DNA of 64,000 bases from Enoplolaimus lenunculus (lineage: Eukaryota). The translations under genes were made by a program, and so were the position numbers. Position 1 is the first letter of the stretch. Every line of letters begins with the position of its first letter. The notes under the pieces were generated by a model. That model did no database searches. It saw only the letters and a list, made by a program, of their open reading frames with translations, and had not been told where the DNA came from. Location: positions 496,001-560,000 of the forward strand of contig JASANG010001414.1 of the NCBI GenBank assembly GCA_030248215.1. The letters run 5' to 3'. Shown in pieces: positions 1 to 15,000 of the stretch.

Positions 1-23
1 AACCGGTTGAATCCAGCGCTTAC

Positions 24-3000
24 CGCTTCTTCCCAATCCAACCGAAGACGAGACAATGTCAATTGCATTCTACAAATATTAATACGCACAGGTGAACAAA
101 TGGATTAACAGAACAGTCGCCTAATCATCAAAGCCTATTTTACGCACTATTTAACTACAGACAGCAATGAAAGATTATGACAATCTTCTCACAACTGCGG
201 TCGTAGGGTTCAAATTAAGCGTTCTGCGATTGTAAGTACACATAAACAAGAATACTCGTTCTTTAGTTGAAATTAAGCATAGCAACTCACCGACTGCATT
301 AATTGTTGACGATACGCACCCCCAAAATCTTCCGGCCTTAAGCCTGGATATACAGCATGCATTCCCTGAAAACGGAATCACGACAGTTTAAATTGTCTGC
401 TTTGTAATACCAGCAATCCATTTCAGCAATCGAATTGCAGAAAAAGATTCTGAGATTTCAGCTCCATAAATCACAATGTTGTTTTATCCACGTCTAATGC
501 ATCAATGAGTGACGTTCCCGGTTTAATACTTAGAGAAGACACGGGTTATGGTGAAAGAAGCACAGGTTTTGTACATTAACATTTTTGATTGTTTTGTGTT
601 TGTTGTTGTAACGCTGTCTCCAGGTGCTACATATTTGAAAAGAAAGGTTCGTTTTATTTTGTGCTTACATATCACAATACTAATAACACAGAAAGTTATA
701 CTCGCCAAGCCATTTCACATGTTGCATTACTTAGTTATTATACCAGTCCTAGTGGGACTACATGTATTGAGCAAAGCTCGAACACACGTAAGCAGTTAAG
801 CTAATATGCAAACTAGTTATTAGCTAACTATTAATTTATTGGTTTTGGAGGTTTGTAAAAAATTTATTCAGATTCCTCGCACTCAAAAACCTAAATTAAC
901 TCTAAAATTTGAGAAATAATGTAAAAAGTCATTATTTAGGCTTATCAATTAAGCAAATATGCAAATTAGCAATTAGCTAACTATTCGATAATCGGTTTTG
1001 AAGGTTACCAGACAACTTATTCAGATACCTCCCTCCCAAAACCCATTATTGCTGAAATTAGATTGCTTGTAACCGTAATACACAGTGAAATATTGCAAAA
1101 ACGCCTAATTTCGGCTCACAAATTATGCTTACATGCAAATTACCTATTCGCTAACTACTCAATTATCGGTTTTAGATGCTTGTATTACAACAACACAGCA
1201 GAAACAAAAAATACCTGTAAATACGTTTGATTGGTTAAAGTATGGTAAGGAAAGCCAACCGCAGCCGGAGATATACCCGTTGTATTGATCGCAGCAGTTT
1301 GGGTAAAACCTAAACCAAACAAGGATCAGCACTAGCTTACTTCATAACAGGGTTCCAACTTGAACTAAATTTTGCTAGAACAGGAACTGGAATTTGAAAT
1401 AACTTTCATCACCGAATTACTGTTGTTTTTTTAATAAAGTCGTAAAAACGTGTCCTACATAGAAACTTCCACAAAATGCAGAAGTTACTCTCAAGCCGAT
1501 CATTCACTTCAGGTTCATGGCAATATTGAACGCAGTGTTCTATTTCTCGCCAATCCAGCCGCCGTTGCGGTTAAAATATCTTATTAGCGCTTAAACTTTT
1601 TTTGTTCATCGCCAAAATTGTGGCTTAAATTTTTCGCGGCATCTTACTGCAAATTCCTTCAAAAGCTGGTGAAACACAGTACAACAGTAATGCAGACTTT
1701 CAAATTGACTTTGTATAATGTCTCAAAAGAATTTGAACTTATTTTAGGTTAATGATAGGTTTTGGAACAAACTTATGTTTTAAGTCTTCGTGATTCTTAA
1801 CACACTTCTCTTTTATGCCTAAATTTTTGAATCAGCGCCTGAAAATTAACGGTTAATGGCCACTTGGCGACTAAATATAAGTAAAGCAAAATCCTGATAA
1901 TATATTTGACAAGGATTATTATAAAACAGAACTTTTACATCCAATGGTGCTGCTATTTGAAAAATTATCTTGAAACAATCATTATAAGTCAGCACATTAC
2001 AGCAGCGAACTTACCTCGTGCCACAGATGATGTGACTAAGGAGCTTACGCAGCCAATGTTATAGCCAACACCGGACATTGCGCTGCCTGGCACGCCGCCT
2101 GCTGCTATTCCTATCGACGGCGATCCAGCGGCGTTGAGTAAAATGTTTGCCGCCACAGCTGCGTTGTTGTCAGCAGACAATTTCACCGTCGATAAAGTAG
2201 CTGACTGGGGAATCATTGAATTCTTAAAGTTTTAAAGCTTGCTGTACGCGTAAATCCATTTTATACTCTCAAATTTGACCAAACTACAATAAAAGTTATA
2301 AATTTTAATGCTATGTAAAGTACGAATAATTTAGAGCACAACTGCAAGGTTAATCCGGAATTAGAAGCCACCGAAAACGGGAAGTAAAAATGCCGACAAC
2401 GGGAATTCCAGATGGAAACCGACTGTTACGACTAAAAATTTTATACACCGCGGCCCTAAAAAACGCAAACGAAATCACATACTCAATTACATATTTCTAA
2501 ATCAAAACTACATTCGTTGATAACACAACAAAACGTCCACAGACACACAGGATGGATACCTTTAAAGCATTAACAGCCGCTGCAGGCGTTGTGCCAATCC
2601 CACCGCTCGTTGCCATGCCCAATGAAGTGTTGTTTACGGTGGTCAGCGAAACTGTCGCCGCCATCGCTGTTGCAGTTGTTATGGCGGCTGCACCACCAGT
2701 CGGTGGCAACATCACATTCGATGACTGCGTTTGTTCGCCACTACCAGTCGTGGTGGATCCACCAGCTGAAATCAGTAATGTTGATGCTCCCAATTGGTGT
2801 GGTTGCTGATGCTGCAGTTGGTGTTGGGTCAATCCTTCCGACTGTTGCAACGTAATTGATTTCAATTGCTCTGACGATCCTGTATAACGACTAGCAGCGT
2901 TGTCATAGACGAAGGTGACTGCTGTATCACAGAAATTCCGTCGTGTCGAATGTTTATCACGGATGTACGGTCTCGGCCAAAAACCGAGACCGAGACCCGA

Positions 3001-6000
3001 GAGACATGCAGGAATATAACACGGCCCCACGCCAAAGACGACGATAAAATATAAAACGCTTTCAATGTCAAAATTACGCTTTCAGCTTTTTTTCCAACGA
3101 AAATGAGCTCAATCGCCAGTATATTTAAACTCTATTAATAGTAAACGCTTTTAGGCATTTATCAAAACGATATTTTAGCGTTAACTGTATCTTTTAATTT
3201 TTTGGCACGATTCCTTAAATATCATCTAAAAATACATCTGTGTTTTGACATTACTAAAAACAGCAAAAAATTTATAGTCAAAAATCAACAAATACAACTG
3301 ACGTCTGCTAATTGTGAACATTGAGCAGAACAATCGGGAACTTATCTTTCTCCTAAGGTCTCGGTTTGAAACCTACCGAAACTCAAAAACCGAGACCGAG
3401 ACCAGCCAAATCCCGAGATAGCACATCCCTGATGTTTATCTCATGGTTTACAGTGGTGTCGGTGATACTACCGGCTAATATAGCAGATTGTTGTAAACTA
3501 TGCAAATGATGTTCGTCGCTGATAAGTGTACACACCAACCGTACAAATACTGTCGACACATCCGACCGCCTCATTATTTCTATTCCTAAGTCTAAACTTT
3601 AACGTAGGAATAAGTTAATACTATATAAGCCAGAGCAAAAGTATTGTGCTTAATCCTAAGCCACCTCTATAATACCTATTGAACGCAACAATACAAATAC
3701 ATAATATAGTGGAAGAGGGTCGGTGTTAAAGTGTTAAAAATGCATCGGCGTGATATGTTAAAATTTGTCACGTAAACATTTTAGATGCCCTAAGGCCACG
3801 GAAGGAAAAAATTGTTAGCTACGTTCTGATATTGCAATACCGTTTAGTAATACGATTTGAATTAATTATCCTGCTACGGCAGCATATTAAATATCTGGTT
3901 CTGTCTGTAACATTTCTTGGTATCCGGCGCACCCTGTGAGCTACAAACACAGCCGAAATGTTTCAAATTCTGTGCAAAATATTATTATACAATTTGCAAG
4001 TCATTCCTGCCCCGGCAATGAGGACAAAGTTTTATTAGAAGATAACAGTGATTGGCCGGATATCAATTTTACCGGATACCGGAACCGGAAAATTTTGTAC
4101 CGTAATCGGATGTTAACCGGATACTGGATATAAATTGATGCACTGTTGGCAGTATTGGAGTCGCACAAAAATGTGTTTATGGATTTAAGAATAAGTTTTG
4201 GCTTGGATTTTTCATTGCATGTCAGTGTCCACTCTTGACTTGCTCGGAATAGCAGTCGCTGCAAAATATTTAGTATTTAAAAAACACGGATCCGATGTTT
4301 TCTATAAGAAAAACACGGAACCGAATTGTTTTGGAAGAGAAACACGGACCCGGACTAATAAATGCAAACCCGGAACCAGATTTACTTTCCGGGCAAATCC
4401 GGACCCGGAATATTTATCACTTAAAAACTGAAAATGATCCTAATTTTTTAAATACTGAACTCACACACATTTGTAATGCATGTTTATAGGTTAGTTTAGT
4501 ATATAAATATTTTTAATATTCGAGAAAATGTACGTAAAAAATAATATATTAAAAAACCCTTGGGGATCAGGCCCGCCGGCTAGTGGATGGTTAAATGATA
4601 AGCATGCCGTAATCACCGATATTCCAATCTGTATTTTGTATTGCGTTTTTTTGTTGATTTACGTACATGTCCACGTCTTATTTATGTATAAATTATGCGT
4701 GTTAGCGGTAATGTTAACGGTTAGTATGCAACGCGAAGCGACTAACGTCGTTCACAAAAATTTACTTCAGGTAATGATAGTTGTCTTAAGAGACACGTCG
4801 GGACTGCTTTGTTTCTAATGTATTTCACACAGTAAGCGTTGGTCTATGTGGTAAATTCTTTAACCTATTCAATTTAGATACGATATACAGTTACTATTCA
4901 GAATGTAGGCGCGGAATGTTAAAATCACTAGCTAAATTTATCCCGAGTACTTTGTCCGGGCATTTTTGTAAACATATAGTAAAAATAACGGAAACAAAAA
5001 CAGGTGATTAAAATAGCCGAAACGGAAAACGGATATTAAAGAAAAAGAATCAAAAATGTTTTTCTGCCAAAACAATTGACGCGTGCATATATTCAGTGGC
5101 TTTTCAAAAAAATTATGAAAATGAATTTCATAATTTTTATTTCACTTCAATAAATTGCAGCATATATCTTTAACGGAAAATTGCGAGATATATAATATGT
5201 GATTTATAACTGATTTCATAAGCAAAAATAATAGAATTTTCGGTATTTCTATAACGAAAACGGACACCGATTTTTTATCGGAAAAAGATATCCGGCTACA
5301 ACCAGACCCGTACCAATTTATTGCGAAAACCGGACCCGGCATTTCTTGAAGCAAAACCTGGACACGGAATTTTTCGGCAAAAATACCCGGAATAAGCGGA
5401 CCCGGATGCAATTCTATTTTGAACCGCAACCGCAAATGATACCGGAACTTCGGTCGATCCCTAGAAAACAGATAGATAAAGATATAAAGTGTGCACACTA
5501 TGGAGACCCCATTACACTTCCACAAAAATTGTCAAAATTATACCAGTCGTAGTAGGACTACATGTGTAAAGCGAAGGTCGAACACACGTAAGCAGTTAAA
5601 CTAATATGCAAATTAGTTATTAGCTAACTATTATTTATTCAGATTCCTCGCACTCAAAAATCTAAAGTAACCCCAATAATTTGAGAAATAATTTTAAAAG
5701 CCATTATTTAGGCTTATCAATTAAGCAAATATGCCAATTAGCTATAAGCTAACTATTCAATTATCGGTTTTGGAGGTTTGTACACAATTTATTCAAATAC
5801 CTTAAACGTAAAAACCTTTAGTGCTAAAATTATATTGCTTTTAACCTTAATAATTAATTAAAAATTGTAAAAAGTCCTAATTTCGGCTTATAAACTATGC
5901 TAATATGCAAATTATCTATTAGCCAACTACTCAAATATCGGTTTTAGAGGTTTGTAAACAATCTATGCAGATTCCTCGCACCCAAAACCCTTTAATGTTG

Positions 6001-9000
6001 AAATTAGATTGCTTGTAACTGTAATAATTAGTGAAATAATGTAGAAAGTTCTAATTTAAGCTTAATTAATTATGCAAATTAGCCTGTAGCTAATAAACGG
6101 CTTAAAATTTTAAAACCCCAACGCGAGGTTAATACCCTAGGATAATTGGCTTTCAAACTAAAAAGTTCATCAAACTCGGTTCAGGAGTTCCTGAGATTCT
6201 TTTCGGGCGGACGGACATTTACCTTTCGACCCCAGAGTACAAAACATAAAACGCTTCGCGTTTCGCTTCGCTCAATAATGCAAAGTACGAGAGCAAACAG
6301 CTATTACAGCACCGTGTTATGTTTTATTTTTAAAACTTACTTGCAGTGACAGATCTAGAACATGTAGGCTCGGAAAGAACGCCAAATGAGTCCTGAACTA
6401 TACTGTCGTTTGTGGCTAAAAGGGAGGAGCAGATGAACTATAAATGCAACCGAGTATTCATTCATTCCTGGATGTAGAGCGATTAACAGTGAATCAACTC
6501 AGATTACTAAGCAGTAAGCACATAATATGCCTACCTGACGAAACCAACAGCAGCCGAGAAATCCAAAACAAAAAAATTAAAAGGTATTTTTAATGCAAAA
6601 ATATAAATCTTCTTACCCGGCCATCAGTTCTGTTACTAAGTTCGAAAAAATAAGAAAACTGTGTAAAGCGGCAACTCACCAGAGTGCACAGAAACACGAT
6701 AGCCCGACGAATCGGAAGGCAAGTGTGACTCAGGATTCACAACCTACAAAACCACGGGAACGAAAACATTAATAATATGCAAATACCAAGCAGCGGCGCT
6801 TTCAGAAATTTCTGATCCATGCAATTTGGAAACAAACCTTCGAATTCGGCGAAAATTTGTAGTTCGGATTCAGTTGAGAAAAAGCCGAATACAATTGTTC
6901 GGCAGGGTCCTAACAGGAACCGGAATGATTTCATAACCGGATTACTGTTGGACTTTTCAGAAAACTTGCAAAAAATGGCTTAAGCAAATTGTCAGCTATT
7001 TAATCATCGAGTTTAACGAAAACATCAGAAACAGTCTATTAACAAAATTGAACTAATTGCAAAAACACTGTGCAGGAACAGGAATTGAATTTCTGTAAGA
7101 ATTCCGGTGGAACCCAGATGTTCGGCAATGTTTTATGCGAAAAATATCGCGAGCGAGACGCATAAAGAAATCTTTGTCACACAAAATTTGTAAGCTAGGA
7201 ACCTTACTTTTCATCATAACATTTTTTGCCAAACGCCCCATGAATCCGCCTCTGACATTAGCACATTCATACAAGGGTTGTCTCCAAATACAATGATACA
7301 TATTTTCGTTAATGTTGGGTTATTTGGACATGATAAAGCTCCAAATGAAAACGCAATCACTGCCCATTATGTAGGCCGACAATAAAATACAATGCGTTAG
7401 ACCACTGGGTTGACTTCACGTAATTGTGAAAACACCAGTTACACTTTTTGTTTTACAGAAGTCAATCTTATATATGCTCAACAGCTGTAACTAACCATTG
7501 CTCCTCCAGCTGGTTGGTTTCCACCACCACCAAGATGATGATGGTGCATCACAGACGAATTTGATGCCAATTTCAAATTATGTGGCTGCATGACAGGTTG
7601 CCCAATTGACGACAGATCAACGCTAAAACGAAACTGTTACATAGCCTTGAGCATTGCGCTGGCATTTCACCAGCCCCAATGTACAGGGTTGAGACTAGAC
7701 AAAAAACGGTAGTTAAAATTTAGAGTTTTTCGCAAAATTTTTTGTATTTATAGTAATTCATTCAGATACCGTCGTAAAATCAAGCAACAGATGAAATGTA
7801 CAGTGTTGCTCGAGAGAGTAAGTTAAATCTGTTTAATTTATATTTATATAGATATACTTAGAAATCGTAAATATACCTCTTGCACTTACCCTCCAGGTTG
7901 TGAAACCATGAATGGCGAATCCGCAAATGTGCCTCCTCCAACCATAGATACACAAGTATCAAAGCTGCCGAACTGAACATCCAGATTACCCAGTCCACTA
8001 GCACCAGGCATTTCAACAGGAGCCTAAAAGCAAATTACGAAAAAATAGCCAACACACATGCGACATTGACTAGCTTTACTCAGAAAATACTATTAGTCAC
8101 CATTTCATTGGCGTGCCTGTACAAAAATTGGTAAGCAAAATGTGTCGGACACCCGGTTAATATATTTTACTCGATGTCTGTCTATCACTTGTTGAAACTG
8201 AGTTAATATTAACTCGTAAAAAAATTCACGCATTGAGCTAACATTTGCGTTTCGAGTAACATAGCTACGGACATATTCGCATATCTACGTAACTTCAGTA
8301 CTTTCGCATATACTTACCTTTATGCTCTGAGCTTTATCACTGACAGGCATTTGAACACTATAGTCACCGAGTGCTGCTCCTGCCGAATTAAGAACTGGAT
8401 CAACTAGGCGACCACTTTTGCCAATCTAATATGTAGACATAAAGATATTACACTGAGGTGTATAGTTAAAGCGCCAGAATTAGATGTGTAACACAATGCG
8501 TAGTGGCGGAAAAATAGTGTTGAACTAATACTGCAAAATACCGGTTACTCTCGTGCTCTAAAATTTAGCCTTCCTAAAAGTAAGTAACGTAAGCGGCGGT
8601 ATTCCAACATTTTATCCAAAATAATTTCGTTTGTTCAACTTTCAAAGATATTGCTTGTATGAACCTATCTTAACAAATCTGAATTTTTTAAACGTTTTAA
8701 AGACAACCCTAATTTATAAATGCAACTGTATCTTACAATAGCGTTTCCAGCTCTTACTTCATTTATTTTGCACTTTGCTAAAGTTTGATAATTTCAAAAA
8801 CACAGATACGCAACTTTTATGCGGATCCTGGATTTTGGGCAACGCAAGAAACAGCGTTTTACAACAAAATGCTACATTGCAAAATGAATAAAATCCTCTT
8901 TTATGTCATGACTTTGAGTTGAAATTTTTTCCATTATTCTTGAAGCAACTTACACCCAGCTCTGTCTTGAGCAGATCAGTTGCTTGCTGTGCCCAGTCAC

Positions 9001-12000
9001 CACCCGTTCCTGTGTTTGGTTCTATTGATGCTCCTGTGTCGTAGTTCGAAGGACCACCAAGCTCAATACCGGTGTGACCTCCGGCATTAGAAACTTGCAT
9101 CTGTTGTTGAGATGGCGCATTCGACGGAGCAAAACTCATCTCCATGCTAAAACTTAAAATGCATATGCAATGGTGTCTTTATGCGAGTATAATGCAACAT
9201 AAGTACCGGATTTCCAACAGGAACTGCATTTCACAAACAAGAATTCATTTTGTCGTCGGAGCAGTTACATTAACACTTAACGGGAATGGCAAAGATATAC
9301 ATCACCGAACTAAATCTGACTGTAACGCAAAATGAAACGTTTTATTTAATTGCCCACTGGACGTTTTCTTTAGCTATATAGTTTTCCAACCTGGACAAAA
9401 ACATTCGCCATGTAGATTAGGAATGTCCCGATTAATCGGCATCGGTAATAATCGGTTTTCGTGAGTATCGGCATCGGCACTGCAAAAAATTGCTAGTTCT
9501 TTGCCGATACTTTTTTGCACATATAACAGTCAGTTGGAATGCTCTCAGATTCATTTCTGTGCGCATACCAGTGTGTCTGGTTAGGAAAACTGTTACCTCT
9601 TTTGCGTGTGTTTGAAAAAATTAATTGAAATGAACCGTTCTTAAAAAAATCTAATCGTTTATGATGGTTATGGTTTACGTCTTTATATAATGATGTAACG
9701 TGTAGCATCATATCTGTTTATTAATGCTAAGCATCATGGTGTACTAAATTTGTACTCGGCATCGTCAAAATTTCAAAATATGAATCGGCATAGGCAGGGT
9801 GCAACCGGAATTACAATTTACCGGAACCGGAATTTGAAAATTTTACCGGAACCGGAACCGGAAAATGAAAAATGCATTTCACCAAAAATTTCATTTTAAT
9901 CGTATTTTTTGCTCTATTATTTGTGAAACAACCTTAGTCGAACACAGGTATTTATTTTATTTGTTGTATTTTAGATTTTCGTCGTCGACTGAAGTGAAAT
10001 CCACCATCAACGGCTTATATTCTGAGTACAAGTGGCTTTCAAAAGAGATTCTTAAACGGCCAAATTATAACACCGGAATTTTTAAATCCGGTAAAAATTT
10101 ACCGGAACCGGAACCGGAAGGTGAAAAAATGCCCGGAATTCCGGTTGCACCCTGGGCATAGGTATCGGCATCGGCAAAAATTTTGGTATCGACACATCCC
10201 TAATAAATACTTAAAAATGTGAGGAATTTGCATACTAACATAAGTTGCCGAAATAAGCGGACGAACCAATTTTACGTAGCCTAATTCGATACTCACGAAA
10301 AACTCTGGCTTCGCTGAGTCGAGATATTCGACCAAAAACTGTGACATTCTTGAGCTGCATATTAGAAACGTTGCCAATTCAAAGCAAATGCCGCTAAGTA
10401 TATTTACATATTCACTTTCACGTTGCGCATTGTTTAAGCTACAGGTGCATCAATCACTCACGTTTCTGGAAAATACCGCGGGAGTCCGCCTGAAATATTG
10501 CTACTGCCGTCATCACCGTTTGTCTGTGCTTCCCGTTGAGGACCATGATCAAGCCCGCCACTAGAGAGTTCATGACGATCACTGATAGCAACACCAGTCC
10601 TAACAGTCATTCCGGATCGCCTAGTGCCGTTGGCAAGTAATCCGTCTCTATCATTGATGCCGCCTGCTCCATCTGGTGGAGGAATCAGCGGAGTTCGGTT
10701 TGCACTGATCGACCCAGATGCAATATCACCGGCACTGCCAGCGCCGCCTCCGCTTGTTTGTGCAGTGCGTTGACCACTCGCACTTCCAGTAGGAATAACA
10801 CTGGTAGCAGATGTCGACGAGGCGCCCCCGGCAGCCGAATTTGTGAACACTAGATTCTGGCCGGTCCATTCGGTACCATCCGCCACGTCCCATTCGTCGC
10901 CAGTATTCGAGCTCGAATTAAGTGTTACAGCAGCACTTGCACTACCAGCAACTCCTGTTGCACCCCTGCCACCACTTTTGTTGCTGGTTTGCGATTGCCA
11001 CACAGGACCGCTTGTATTTGCAGAACCAGGCTGTTGTACCATCAGCGTCGGCCCGCCGCCAACATTACCACCGCCACTACCAGGCATCGGTCTCGCACCA
11101 CCAGCAACAGGACCAGAATGACGATTTTGGTCGACGAGAAGCATACTGTTATTGTTTGCAGCTACATTGTGAATTTGGTGTGACGACGGAGGCTCTGGTT
11201 GTGGTATATTCCGATTCCCCACTACAACGCCACCAGTACTACCAAAGTCACCGCCGCCAGACAATGAGCTTTGATTAACAGGTGCTGCAGCCGACGCATC
11301 GTTCAAGTGCGCAGCCATTGAATTGTCCCAAAACAACGACTCTTTTGGCGGACCCTTCCGTTGTTGGCCTGCACGCAATGACGCAGACGGCGTTTGATTA
11401 TCAAGGCCACTGCCTTTTGTCCGATCGCGGATACCTTTAAACGTTAAATGACAAAATGCAGATTGGCTCATATATACTATATATGCTGGGGGTTCGCTAC
11501 CGTGCGGTGAATGTTCCCACTAAGATTTTCCACAGTTCACCCCCCAACTCAAGACTTTACCCCTGGTTAATCTTACGTTTTTTTTACATCTGTGAGAAAA
11601 ACATCATCAGTATGAATTAATCATACCCTCTAATTTCGATCACACGTCTTATATTTGATCTGTGTTTATTATTTGAATGGTTACTTTTGACTATGTGTTT
11701 AGTTGCAGCCGTAACTAAACACTGGCCAGTGTGACTGACGCTTTATTGACAATTCTGCACACTCCGACTAAGAATTTCCACACGGTTGATGCCCCCACTC
11801 CGCCGCGACCAAATTGAATGCCCACAAGCAGGTTATAGGTTATTAAGACTTAATCAGTATAAACTTTAATATACGTATTTAATATCTAAATACATATATA
11901 TATCAGGGTGCGACCATAATTACAATTTGAAGCAGAATTTGAAAAAATATCGGAAACGGGTCAGGAACCGAAAAAATACATGCCACCGAAAAATTTATTT

Positions 12001-15000
12001 TAATTTTTTTTGCAATATTATTGGTGAAATAACCGTAGTTCGAGATAGTTATCCACTTTATCTGCTGTACTTTGGATTGTCCTAATCCACGGAAGCGCAA
12101 TCTACATTCGATGGTTTATTTTCGGCGATTGTCATGGTTTGCATACTATACTAATGCAATCTATTTAATTTTTATCGTCATTTTTTAGTAAAAAATCTTA
12201 ATTTCCATGGACCAAATTTTAATACCGGAATTTTTTATTCCGGTAAAAATTTACCAAACCGGAATGTGAAATATGTCGAAATCGGAACCGGAATTCCTTC
12301 TGAACCTGATATATACACATATAAACTGATGCTGACATATGCTTACACCAATACAAACAAACATCCTTTTCTCTTAATAACGTCTAAGCCAAGTAATGTT
12401 AAAGCAAATTTAACTAAGTATTAAATGTTCTCACCATGCTGATTCGGAGACCATTCCTGTGCCATAGAGTTGTTCCAAGCTGCAAATACAAAAGTCGAGT
12501 TGTTCATATTCAATACAAAATTCTTTACTTCGATTGTTAGCGTCCAAATTAAACTAGCATAGATTATTTCATGGTTTTATCTCGCACCAATAATTTTTAC
12601 AGTTTGAGACGCTGCGAAACAGCACGTAAAATCCAAAATTTTGTAAATATGTTTCACTATTCACTGCCCACCAAAGATTTAAGTGCTGCTGCTTACTATT
12701 AGATTCTTCGACGGTTGAACTATTCCACATTCCAATTTTCTGCAGCCCATCAGATGAACTGTTACCGCAGTCTGGTCCAGCCGCACCTGATCCACTACCA
12801 CCGCCACCGGAACCACCACCAAGTCGTCCTCGCAAAGGAGATCTGCCACCACCAACGCTTCGGTTTTCGCTGAAGCGATTGTGGTCAACAAACGAAGTCG
12901 AATCAACACGGCCGCCGCCGCTACCAAAATCATTCACACCTGCAGCAGTCGATCGACCTCCAATATCGAACCCTCCACCGGTGACGCCACCACTGCCATT
13001 CATTCGTCCAGAACTGCCACCGGTAAAATGGCTGCCGCCACGCCTAGGACCGCCGCATCTAAAACAACCGGATCAACGACGTAGATACCAAGAATTGCGA
13101 TTTCTTTACATATAGGTAGTCAGTCTTATTTTTTGCTCTATACCTAATTACAATTTAACGGAACCGGAATTTCAAAAAAATTATCGGGACCGGAAAGAAA
13201 ATAGGTCTCTACTTAATCTGCAGTATTTTAATTTTTCTTTAGGGTGTGACCGGATACCATAAAATGCTGGAGCCGGATAATTAATTCAATGTTTTATTCA
13301 ATGCCATAGTCCTTTATAGTTTGTATTCTGGTTTGGTGAACCATATCACTGCTTGAATTATTATTTGAGCGCAGTAATTAAGATTTCTTCATAAATTACT
13401 TGTCTATCACACAAAAGTACCACGAGCACTTTAAAATATCCATATAAACGACTCAGGATTAAGCTAATATTTTCGCTTAGTCTTAGCTTAAAACTCATCC
13501 TTACGTTGAGGATAGTGTTATGCCCCTAAAACTGACATTGACCAATGTCAAAGTTGCATAAAGTCATGTCGCTGCAACGCCACCATTAATGCTTAATGCA
13601 CGGCAATATAAACATAAAAGGAAGTTAATCTAATAAGTCAATCAGTTCCATGGTGAAACGTCTAAAAACCCTTTCAAATATCCAAAATGGACTTTTGAGT
13701 TTTGTCACATAAAACACTGACCGAATCCTTAGAACGTATATACGTATTTCACGGTGCAACACCGGATATCCGGTTCCTGTAAAATCGATATTCGGCTCCG
13801 GTATTTTAACTTGTCAGGTGTTTAAAAACTTCAAATAAATTGAAACCATATTTGTATTTATGTTAACTGCCATAGATCTGATGGACTTACTTTTCCATAT
13901 TTATTCTGTCAGACATGGTTGTAAAAGTTTACGTATTCCCGTCTATGTTCACAACCGTAATTGGGGTATAATAACGCTGGAAATGCCGATAATGACCAGT
14001 GTTATTTTAGGGGCGTAACAGTATCAGCGTATTCGTAATCCTACGCCTAAACTAAACTTCAGCTAAAAATAAGTCTAAAAAATAAGTCTAAAAAATAAGT
14101 CCAAGGCTAAGCAAAATAAAAACATTAATCCTAAGTAGGGATGTGCCGATTCCATAATTTTTGCCGACGCCGGTTCTTATTTAGAAACTATGCTGATTCC
14201 AACTTTAGCACACCATAATTAAACAACAGATAGGATTCTACATTACATCATTATACGAAGACATAAAACCTATCCACCATAACCTATTATAATTTTATGA
14301 GAACGGTTCAATTATATTTATTTTTTCAAAACAAACGCAAGAGAAATAACAGTTTCCCTGATCACACACACTGATATACGCCAAGAAGTTAAATTGATGT
14401 GTAAAAATTTGTCCTTTTTTCCAGCACCGGTGCCGATACTCACTCAAAGTACCTATTATTACAGATGCCGATTATTCGGCGCATTCCTAATCCTAAGACA
14501 CATCTATTTTATAGTACGTAAGGAAGTTGTTACGTCCTTAACAGGTATGGGCGGTCTCGATCAAAAAACGAGACCGAGACCGAAATCAAACATACCGAGA
14601 CCGAGACTTTTGGTATCGGTCAATTTTAGCCGTTACCAATAATAATAAGATTTTTCTACCGTTTTTGATAGTTTTAGTTACTCTGAAATGTCGTTTAGTT
14701 CATTCAATTAAACTAATAACTCCCCTCAAACTTTATTTTTTACCTTATTTCTCACGGTGGAACAAACGCAATGATTGAAACCTTTCACAAAACTATCACC
14801 AATTCCAATTATATCAGACGTTGCACATATATGAAAATGAACTTAAGCGGATTATGTGAGACCGTCAGTGCCAATATTAATGAAAACATTACTTGGTAAC
14901 CAACTCTGTAAAAAGCTCATTCACTTTGCTTGTGCTGTGCAATTTTATTTCCGTTCTTGTCTACTTCTCCACACCCATGCTTAACCTGAAGCGTAAACCT

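Noticed and set aside
6617..6635. 19-nt microexon candidate (cttag…gtaag) in the UBAP2-like gene
   Set aside because: Inclusion shifts the frame and leads to a stop in the next exon; the model is in phase without it.
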